In this document: piece by piece, positions 37,936 to 44,209 of the stretch
Layout of the letters: the number at the start of each line of letters is the position of its first letter
How positions within the stretch are numbered: position 1 is the first letter of the stretch
DNA from: an uncultured Christensenella sp.
GTDB lineage: Bacteria > Bacillota > Clostridia > Christensenellales > DTU072
Reading direction: 5' to 3'
Assembly: GCA_964450015.1 (NCBI GenBank)
Contig: CAYVEU010000001.1
Span: forward strand, 1-44,209
DNA length: 44,209 nucleotides
Position numbers and translations under genes: made by a program
Notes under the pieces: generated by a model
What the model saw: the letters and a program-made list of their open reading frames with translations, nothing else
Databases searched by the model: none
What the model was told of the DNA's origin: nothing

Positions 37936-38385
37936 TTACTCCTTTTTCATAAACCGCTTAATTAGGCTGTCTTTAACACGCTGTATATAGTCTGGCAAGC
38001 TCGATAAATACCCGCTCTCTATCAGTTCGCTACTAACCGCCTCATTCTTTACACGCATTAGTTCCGCATTGTAAAGAGTAGAAACAAGCATTTCCATAAC
38101 GTTCATCATAACGAAAATGTCATCTACCGTTACCGACACGTCCTTTACTTTTTTGTTAAGCTCGTTAAGCTTGTCGTCGCTCCTCTCGAAAACGGCTTTC
38201 TCGCTTTGTATCTGACGTTTATCGCCCTCTTTCATTTGCTTGACGCCAACCGTCAACGCCCTATTAAGTAGCTCGTTCATCGACGAAAATTTGCCATTGT
38301 CTGCAAGTGCATAAAGCGCAGTCAGAAGCTCATCATCATAGACGCGCAGTCTGAACGAATTGGTTTTATTGTCTTGTGTTTTCAT
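37936..38385 (-). CDS. Ribbon-helix-helix protein, candidate relaxosome accessory/auto-repressor
   Basis: 149 aa from the internal ATG (38383-38385), which has RBS gggagagga. N-terminus NSFRLRVYDDELLTALYALADNGKFSSMNELLNRAL fits an RHH pattern. Confidence 0.5.
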   Translation of the reverse strand: MKTQDNKTNSFRLRVYDDELLTALYALADNGKFSSMNELLNRALTVGVKQMKEGDKRQIQSEKAVFERSDDKLNELNKKVKDVSVTVDDIFVMMNVMEMLVSTLYNAELMRVKNEAVSSELIESGYLSSLPDYIQRVKDSLIKRFMKKE

Positions 38386-38438
38386 ATCCTCTCCCGACGC
38401 GCAAGCGTCAACCGAAAAATGGTTTCCATTTTGTCCAA

Positions 38439-38535
38439 ATTTTGGTGTGCCACCGTGGGGCACCAAAATTCCTAGGTGTGCCACCACATAACACTTTGTG
38501 TTAAAAGCCGAAAATTCGGTTTGGTGTGCCACCGT
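38439..38535. promoter_or_regulatory. Repeat-rich region upstream of the mob operon: three copies of GGTGTGCCACC plus an inverted repeat (candidate oriT/operator)
   Basis: ggtgtgccacc at 38444-38454, 38475-38485 and 38523-38533. The 16-mer tttggtgtgccaccgt occurs at 38441-38456 and 38520-38535. Inverted repeat attttggtgtgcc..ggcaccaaaat at 38439-38469. Confidence 0.45.
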
Positions 38536-38584
38536 CTTATCCTGCTTAGGTTTTTAAGGTCAAAAAATAAAGAGAAATTCAATC

Positions 38585-41452
38585 TCACTTTATTTTTTTG
38601 CTACCGTTTTTCTGTCCGCCGCTATAACGAACCTTCAAGCTTGAGCAAGCTTTCTGTATCGAGCGCGTTACATACGCCGCATTTTTCGTTTGAGGACGAT
38701 AACGACCAGAGCTTTCAAAGACGCTACGCATTTGTTCCTCGTTGCAATCGGAAAAGAAAGCCAACATGTTCAGCAACGCTAAATCATCGCGGTGTTTGTC
38801 GCCTGTGACGTCGCCGCCATTATAAAGTGTATCGAACATTTCCCCTCTCTTCGAATTGCGTATCCTCTCTATCAATTCGGCGTCGCTTTGATAGCGTAAA
38901 TCGGTCGTTCTCGGCGTGTACGCTCTAGGTGCAGGTTCTTCTTTCGCCCGCTCCCCTAATTGCTTTCGTAACCACGTCATGGTCGCGGATGGGCATTGAG
39001 TTAGTTCCTTTGACTTGCCAAACATGTTGCCAGTCATTGACATGAAGCGGGAATTATCGTAAACTTCGAGTTCTTCTCCGTTCAACTCCGTACGGTTGCA
39101 ATATTTGCCATTGGATAAAATATCGTCCTTTAAGAAAAAGTGAAGCCCATTTCCAGACGTGCTCTTTTCACAATAGACGTTAGCTAGTTCGGGAACGAGC
39201 TTGTTTGCAATATCGTTCATTTCGCCCTCTGCCTTAGTCGTAGCTACACCGTTAAGCTTCCCGTCTTTCACTATGCACTTATCGAGGTCTATACAACTTA
39301 TACCGCTACCGTCAAGGGCGAACGACAAGCCCTCACAGTTATTTTCAACGGCATAATTGTATGCAGTATCAAAATCAGCCCACGTCGAGCTATCGTCGAT
39401 TTTCGCCCATTTCCCAGTATGCGCCGAAAGAACGAACTTGTCCTTCTTCCCTTTTTCTTCGTTCCATTTCGTCCTATATACACACCAGTTCGGCATTCCT
39501 TTCATCTCGGCAGGCACGTTATTTTTGAGTTCTTCCAACCTTGCAACGTTCCGTTTTGACGCCGAAACCCGCTGCGCGCTCTTGCCACTTTCTTTGCCAT
39601 CTAAAACGGCGCGCAATTCCTCGCTTGTCAATTTGACCTCGCGTCCATCGTCTTTAAGGGTAAATTCAAAATTCGGCGCCGTTACTAATCTAACTGCGTT
39701 TTCTTCGACATGCAATTTACTAGTCGGAGCCAAAAACACAAACGAGGAAAACTCCACGCCCTTTGGCATTCTCAACATCGTAGATTTTCCGTACTCTTTG
39801 AGTTTATTTTCAAGCGGAAAAACAAGTTCAACTTGTCCGACTTGTTGAGCTTGTTCGGCTTGTTGAACTTGTTGTTGTGGCTCTTTTTTGTGTTCTTCTC
39901 GAGCTTTACTCTTTACCGAAATTTTCTTTTGCGTTTTGTCTTTCTCAATTACAACGACGTCATGAGCTTCGCTAAGTTGCTGTATGTAATTATCGGCTAC
40001 ATGATATGGAAAGCCCACCATCGGAACGCGTTCTCTAAGTCCAACGTCGCGCCCCGTTAAGGTTAAATTTAGCTCTTTGGCTACGTCTTGTGCTTTGTCC
40101 CCCATGACTTCGTAAAAATCGCCTATTCGTTGAGCAACGACGGCGTTCTGGTTCTCGTTCTGAACGAGGGCGTAATCTCGATAATACGGTTGCGCTCCAA
40201 ATATTTTTATCTTCTCAATGCCGTTTTCACTTCCGACGTCATACTGTATATCGTTCGCCCACTTGCAACCGTCAGCTTGCGAATAACATACATTTAATAT
40301 TGTTTTATATGTATTCTTTCCTTTGAACGCCTCGTTCATCTCGCCTAAGAGTTGCTCCGCCTGCTCTAACGGCATACTGGTGTTCTCTTTCACAAAACCT
40401 ATTTCAGACTGCCCATAAAGAACGTAAGGCTTCCCCTCTTTATTTACCAGAGTTTCTATCTCTTGACGTAGAGCTTCTTCTTGAGCGACGTTTTGTTTTT
40501 CTTTTGTGTTCTCCACCGTCTTTGCTTTTTCAAGATAATTTTCTTTGATATAGCTCGTTATCTTGCCTGCGTCTGCGGCGGCACGATAGAATACGTTCGG
40601 GTCTTTTTTTACTACGGATAACCACGATTTCAAATAAGCCGCATGATTTGCTATTTCCGCACCGGAAAGGTCTATGCCCATGTCACTCTGCATAAATGCC
40701 GACGTAAGCTCTGCGCGCAATTCTTCGACTACGTAATTTGCGCTACCAAAACCGCCGCTCATATCACGATTTAACCGACTGCTATGCCCCGTCGAGTGCC
40801 CTATTTCGTGCAAAGCCGTAGCGTAATAATCGTTCATTGTCTTGAACTTGTCAACTTCGGGCAAATGAATATCGTCCGTTCTCAAGCTATAATATGCGTT
40901 GTTCCCACCGTCATAATGTACAGGTGCCGCGCTGTTGGCTATTATCGTTTCTATGCGCTCGTTCTGCGCTTGCCGCTCCTCTGCGGTCATTTCTTTTTCT
41001 CTTGTGTTTTCTGGGAAATTATCGCATTGTTCGGCGTTAAAAACATTGTAATATTTCAAAACTCTGCTAACGTGCTCGGCAAGATACTCATTGCGTTCTT
41101 CGTCCGACATACCATCTAATACGCTCTCATCAAACGGCTTCTTTGTCTTTTTGTCGTACTGCGACCAGAAAAAGACGTCGCTTGACTTCGAACCCGCCTT
41201 TATCGACGCGCCTAAGTCCTTGGCTTGGTTAAACGTTACCCATCGAGGGTCTGTAAAGCCCTGCCGTTCGGCGGCTACAGCAAGGAATATGGAATTTAAG
41301 CCGTTATAATTTTTCAACGTGGCTCCGTTAAACGGCACGTTGGTTGAATACCACCCTTTAACCCAACGTTCGGGGTTCTTCTCCATGCTCTCTATTAATG
41401 CGTTGAGCATAGTCATACGCTTTTCTTCTACAAGCTTCCGATAATCAGCCAT
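38585..41452 (-). CDS. Polyvalent protein: ArdC-N ssDNA-binding domain + zincin (HEXXH) protease + MutS domain-I-like module + Q-rich linker + archaeo-eukaryotic primase (prim-pol) + primase C-terminal helical domain
   Basis: 955 aa.
- ArdC-N: NGATLKNYNGLNSIFL..WVTFNQAKDLGASIKAGSK.
- Zincin: ALHEIGHSTGH.
- MutS_I-like: GDFYEVMGDKAQDVAKELNLTLTGR..VPMVGFPYHVADNYIQQL.
- AEP motifs: CIDLDKC, STSGNGLHFFL, EVYDNSRFMSMTGN.
- C-terminal domain: DDLALLNMLAFFSDCNEEQMRSVFESSGRYRP. Confidence 0.8.
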   Translation of the reverse strand: MADYRKLVEEKRMTMLNALIESMEKNPERWVKGWYSTNVPFNGATLKNYNGLNSIFLAVAAERQGFTDPRWVTFNQAKDLGASIKAGSKSSDVFFWSQYDKKTKKPFDESVLDGMSDEERNEYLAEHVSRVLKYYNVFNAEQCDNFPENTREKEMTAEERQAQNERIETIIANSAAPVHYDGGNNAYYSLRTDDIHLPEVDKFKTMNDYYATALHEIGHSTGHSSRLNRDMSGGFGSANYVVEELRAELTSAFMQSDMGIDLSGAEIANHAAYLKSWLSVVKKDPNVFYRAAADAGKITSYIKENYLEKAKTVENTKEKQNVAQEEALRQEIETLVNKEGKPYVLYGQSEIGFVKENTSMPLEQAEQLLGEMNEAFKGKNTYKTILNVCYSQADGCKWANDIQYDVGSENGIEKIKIFGAQPYYRDYALVQNENQNAVVAQRIGDFYEVMGDKAQDVAKELNLTLTGRDVGLRERVPMVGFPYHVADNYIQQLSEAHDVVVIEKDKTQKKISVKSKAREEHKKEPQQQVQQAEQAQQVGQVELVFPLENKLKEYGKSTMLRMPKGVEFSSFVFLAPTSKLHVEENAVRLVTAPNFEFTLKDDGREVKLTSEELRAVLDGKESGKSAQRVSASKRNVARLEELKNNVPAEMKGMPNWCVYRTKWNEEKGKKDKFVLSAHTGKWAKIDDSSTWADFDTAYNYAVENNCEGLSFALDGSGISCIDLDKCIVKDGKLNGVATTKAEGEMNDIANKLVPELANVYCEKSTSGNGLHFFLKDDILSNGKYCNRTELNGEELEVYDNSRFMSMTGNMFGKSKELTQCPSATMTWLRKQLGERAKEEPAPRAYTPRTTDLRYQSDAELIERIRNSKRGEMFDTLYNGGDVTGDKHRDDLALLNMLAFFSDCNEEQMRSVFESSGRYRPQTKNAAYVTRSIQKACSSLKVRYSGGQKNGSKKIK

Positions 41453-41636
41453 TGTCCCCCCTCAAGACGTTTATCTCGATACTTAACGTTGCTTCCTCAT
41501 CTGGTAAATCACTTGCCAACGTTTCATCGCAACCGAAAGTTTGGCGCATGTATTCATCGAATGACATACCCTCAAGGTCTACCTTTATACTAGGAATTTT
41601 CTTAGGTTTAGTATCATTAAACTTTTTTGACCTCAT
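41445..41636 (-). CDS. Hypothetical protein (63 aa)
   Basis: ATG at 41634-41636 with RBS aaaggag. It overlaps the downstream gene start by 8 nt. Confidence 0.45.
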   Translation of the reverse strand: MRSKKFNDTKPKKIPSIKVDLEGMSFDEYMRQTFGCDETLASDLPDEEATLSIEINVLRGDNG

Positions 41637-41778
41637 ATCAGCTCCTTTAAGAACACAAGACAGAACCACCTCGCCACATCAACCTCTTGCTTTACGCGCA
41701 TATATTCTTGTAAATAAGTATTGGCTTCTTATTTGTGTTCTCTTGTTAGTTATTTATTATTTATAATTTATATATCGT

Positions 41779-41892
41779 CTGCAATTTTTGACGTACCCCA
41801 CTGCAATTTTTGACGTACCCCACTGCAATTTTTGACGTACGTCATTTTTTGACCCGCGTCAATTTTTGACCCACGTCAATTTTTGACGTACC
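41779..41892 (+). repeat. Iteron-like array: six same-orientation CAATTTTTGAC cores (3 x 22-bp units, then 3 x ~17-bp units)
   Basis: ctgcaatttttgacgtacccca at 41779-41800 and 41801-41822; a truncated unit at 41823-41840; gtcattttttgacccgc at 41841; gtcaatttttgacccac at 41858; gtcaatttttgacgtacc at 41875. An AT-rich tract (41720-41778) lies adjacent. Confidence 0.85.
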
Positions 41893-42246
41893 TCAACTTT
41901 CGGTTTTATTGCTCGGGCAAAGAATAGCCACTCCGCGCTTGAGTTGATTTATGTAATCCAAGTTGGCACGGTACGCGCAACGTTTAACGTTGTCTTTGGT
42001 AAATTCACGTTTGAATATGTAATTTTTATCTTGTAGGTTTTGTAACATTGCCGTAACCGTGTTGTGTGACTTTATATTGCCAAAAGTTTGCATAAACTTT
42101 AGCGACCCTGTAAACTCGCTCTCCCCGTCTTGAGAAAAACTGTAGATTATGGCAAATATGATAAGCTCGTTACCTTTCAACCTTAAGACGTTCAGCATCC
42201 ACCCTAGTACCGTGTAAAAGTTCTCGTCCCTTATTGTGTTATTCAT
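41893..42246 (-). CDS. Winged-helix DNA-binding protein (RepA_N/DnaD-like), candidate initiator or regulator binding the adjacent iterons
   Basis: 117 aa from the ATG at 42244-42246 (RBS aaaggag). FYTVLGWMLNVLRLKGNELIIFAIIYSFSQDGESEFTGSLKFMQTFGNIKSHNTVTAMLQNLQDKNYI follows the RepA_N-like pattern FY.(L/V)P..L......L...E..L...L. Confidence 0.5.
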   Translation of the reverse strand: MNNTIRDENFYTVLGWMLNVLRLKGNELIIFAIIYSFSQDGESEFTGSLKFMQTFGNIKSHNTVTAMLQNLQDKNYIFKREFTKDNVKRCAYRANLDYINQLKRGVAILCPSNKTES

Positions 42247-42324
42247 TACAGTTTCTCCTTTACTCATTGTCCTTAGAGGCGTTCCCCCTCTCGGACAGAC
42301 ACTCCCCCTTTTTTGCAATAAAAA

Positions 42325-42349
42325 AGGCTTACGTCAATAACATAAGCCT
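42325..42349 (-). terminator. Inward-facing intrinsic terminator near the right end of the element
   Basis: aggctta-N11-taagcct. On the minus strand it is followed by ttttttatt. Confidence 0.5.
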
Positions 42350-42380
42350 AGTTCTGAATATATACTTGACTGGTGATATT

Positions 42381-42431
42381 GACATTCTCTCTCTAAATCT
42401 CTCCACTAATACTTAGTAGAGAGAGAATGTC
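42381..42431. repeat. 15-bp perfect inverted repeat (gacattctctctcta / tagagagagaatgtc) with a 21-nt loop
   Basis: Read base by base: 42381-42395 pairs with 42417-42431. Confidence 0.8.
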
Positions 42432-42531
42432 GGGTTCACTACAAGAATTTGCTAGTAGAATAACGCGTTCAAATAAGAATTTTGCTCGTTCAAATAGCAA
42501 ACCCTTTCATTCACCTAAATTTTACACTAAC

Positions 42532-42543
42532 CGCTATGGGGAC
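42532..42543 (+). repeat. 12-bp direct repeat cgctatggggac, right copy
   Basis: Identical to 15753-15764. Confidence 0.55.
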
Positions 42544-42858
42544 AAATCGGAAGCTTTTTTCCTTTAAACTCTCAAAAAGTGAAAACCACGCTTTTCGCTT
42601 TTTGCCCGCACGGGGTTTGGGTGCGTGAGCCTTGAATACCAACAAAACAAGGGGTCCCCGAAAACCTTATAGGTTTTTGGGGTATAGATACGGGGACTAC
42701 TTTTCTTCCTTATGAGTCGGACTTACGCGGAAAAAAGATTTTATCCGTACAAAGCGTTAGCGACTTCGGGAAAATCCCGCGTAACGAGTGGTCCGATACA
42801 CCACTTTGGGTGTCGTTTTAGTGCTGTTTGGAATTAAAGTTGCCGCTAAAATCGTGAG

Positions 42859-42909
42859 TTATCCACAGTTATACAGGAAGTTATCCACAATTATGCACGG
42901 TTATCCACA
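42859..42909 (+). promoter_or_regulatory. Phased DnaA-box cluster: three perfect TTATCCACA boxes plus two degenerate boxes, all in the same orientation
   Basis: Perfect boxes at 42859-42867, 42881-42889 and 42901-42909. Degenerate boxes ttatacagg (42869) and ttatgcacg (42891). Spacing is 10-12 bp. Confidence 0.75.
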
Positions 42910-43042
42910 AATTTACGACGTTTCGTTGCAACCGCCACCGAATTACAAACGTCAAAATACTATCAATAAATAACAGTAAAAATATACCGAAACGGCGCAA
43001 AGGGTTTACTTTATGCCCGTCTTAATATATAATGATAGCGGT

Positions 43043-44209
43043 ATGCGAAAGATTTTCAAATGGACGATTGCGTTCGCGGTATGTATATTAACGGTATTTG
43101 CGCTCTGCGCCTGCAACGGCGCGGACTTTTCCAAACTGCAAATTATAGCCGAAGACGTTACGGACGTTTCCCCCGACGACGAATACGCCCTGCAATACTC
43201 CATAAAGGACTACGACAAATTTTCAAAAGAATTTAATCTTACTTTGACCGTGCGCGTTTTCGACGAAACGCAATCCCCCGTCGAAGTTAAAAACAACCGC
43301 ACCATAAAAGTGGAAAAGAACAAAACCTATACGGTAAATATCATATGCTCGGCGGAGATTGACGGCGAAATCAAAACGGTTACCAAAAACTTTACGGTTT
43401 CGGCGATAAAAGAACCGATAATTTATCTTTACGCCGGCCGCACTGTGTACAAAACCATTTCCGTACGCGTCGGAGACGCTTATCCTATCGAAAATCTCGA
43501 ATACGTTCCCGATTACTACCCTGCCGACACCCCCGGTATCAAGCGAACGATAATTTCCAAAAAATGGACGGTGGAAGTCAACGGGCAAAAGGAAGACCTT
43601 GCCCAAAAACATTTGGAAAATATTCAGTCGAACGTTATTATTCGCGCAGTGTACCAATATAAAGAAGAACCCGTAAAATTGAAATTGCAATATTTTGTAA
43701 ACGGCGGACTTTTAGCCGACGACGAGGGCGTTCACGATACGGTGACGTACGAACTGGCTTACGGAGAAACGGTATATTTCAGTACCCTGCCCACGCGAAC
43801 GGGCTATATATTCGACGGTTGGTACACCGACGAAAAACTGACGTCTTTACTCATTATCAACTACGACAAGCGCATGACTATCACGCGCGATATGAAGCTA
43901 TACGCAAAATGGACGGAAGAACGGAACGTCGAATGGAACGATTTATACGAATTTAAAAAAGCGACTTACCAAGGATACGACTACTATACGGTAAAATTTA
44001 TCGGAGAAATTCCCGCCGACGGAAAAGTTCTCCTACCGGTCGGCAAGGACAATATCCCCGTACGAGGCTTGACCGCATTTGCGTTCGGCGGCAAAGCCGT
44101 AAAATCGGTTGTTATTCCCTCCCGCTACGACCTGTCGATATACGGCGCGTTTAACGGCTGCACGGAACTCGAAGAAGTCGTTTTCGAAGCCGACAGTCAA
44201 CTCGCTTAC
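43043..44209 (+). CDS. Lipoprotein with a Listeria-Bacteroides repeat and the start of BspA-type LRRs; 3' end lies beyond the window (not in the ORF track)
   Basis: ATG at 43043. MRKIFKWTIAFAVCILTVFALCACNG gives a signal peptide plus lipobox. The frame is open for 389 codons to the window edge. GYIFDGWYTDEKLT...KLYAKW is a List_Bact repeat. The C-terminal VVIPSRYDLSIYGAFNGCTELEEVVF is LRR_5-like. Confidence 0.8.
   Translation, partial: MRKIFKWTIAFAVCILTVFALCACNGADFSKLQIIAEDVTDVSPDDEYALQYSIKDYDKFSKEFNLTLTVRVFDETQSPVEVKNNRTIKVEKNKTYTVNIICSAEIDGEIKTVTKNFTVSAIKEPIIYLYAGRTVYKTISVRVGDAYPIENLEYVPDYYPADTPGIKRTIISKKWTVEVNGQKEDLAQKHLENIQSNVIIRAVYQYKEEPVKLKLQYFVNGGLLADDEGVHDTVTYELAYGETVYFSTLPTRTGYIFDGWYTDEKLTSLLIINYDKRMTITRDMKLYAKWTEERNVEWNDLYEFKKATYQGYDYYTVKFIGEIPADGKVLLPVGKDNIPVRGLTAFAFGGKAVKSVVIPSRYDLSIYGAFNGCTELEEVVFEADSQLAY

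Larger units (their letters stand above)
15765..42531 (-). mobile_element. Integrated conjugative element (~26.8 kb) with a terminal DDE transposase, plasmid-like rep/par functions and a type IV secretion module
   Basis: Contiguous same-strand block of relaxase, T4CP, VirB4, VirB6-like, ParA, SSB, ArdC/primase and an iteron array, flanked by the 12-bp direct repeat. Backbone genes lie on both sides. Confidence 0.55.

Noticed and set aside
37936-38532. The 198-aa extended version of the RHH protein
   Set aside because: The first 49 codons run through the GGTGTGCCACC repeat region and lack an RBS. The internal ATG at 38383-38385 has a strong GGGAGAGGA RBS and starts right at the RHH beta-strand.
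41779-41892. Possible CRISPR array
   Set aside because: The units are contiguous 17-22-bp repeats with no unique spacers, and no cas genes are present. The layout fits iterons or operators.
43223-43690. 155-aa minus-strand ORF
   Set aside because: It lies antisense to the open-ended plus-strand lipoprotein gene (43043-44209). That gene has a signal peptide with lipobox and recognisable repeat domains, and the track omitted it only because it lacks a stop.

Overview
The window has two parts. Standard code 11 applies, since TAA, TAG and TGA each terminate clear genes.

(A) Chromosomal backbone, 1-15.7 kb and 42.5-44.2 kb:
- a minus-strand moxR / DUF58 / transglutaminase-like operon;
- a 1259-aa BspA-type LRR lipoprotein;
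- tmRNA (ssrA, 9116-9462) with a consensus promoter;
- a four-helix-bundle gene bracketed by a 58-bp duplication of the ssrA terminator;
- a fused membrane/spermidine-synthase-like gene, a vWA lipoprotein, a 45-aa basic ORF absent from the ORF track, and an XRE regulator;
- two tandem ~185-nt structured non-coding elements;
- an M20 peptidase;
- a phased DnaA-box cluster;
- a second LRR/Listeria-Bacteroides-repeat lipoprotein gene that runs off the window end and is also absent from the ORF track.

(B) 15,765-42,531: a ~26.8-kb conjugative element with every gene on the minus strand.
- Replication-like module: wHTH protein, iteron array, AT-rich tract.
- A 955-aa ArdC / zincin / MutS-domain-I / AEP-primase polyvalent protein.
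- DNA-processing genes: RHH accessory protein, HUH-type relaxase, VirD4-type coupling protein.
- A 2842-aa Ig-repeat surface protein.
- Mating-channel genes: VirB2-like, VirB6-like and VirB4.
- Maintenance and cargo genes: SSB, ParA plus an RHH partner, a PBECR4-like protein and a lipoprotein.

No tyrosine or serine recombinase is visible. The only recombinase is a terminal ISLre2/UPF0236-type DDE transposase interrupted by a single in-frame TAA. The block is flanked by a 12-bp direct repeat and sits ~19 bp upstream of the -35 of the M20 peptidase promoter, an architecture reminiscent of the streptococcal TnGBS elements. This element is the most interesting system in the window. Its notable parts are the polyvalent ArdC-MutS_I-primase protein, the giant adhesin embedded in the T4SS operon, the apparently minimal T4SS gene set, and the dispersed 9-bp periodic ACTTGT arrays.
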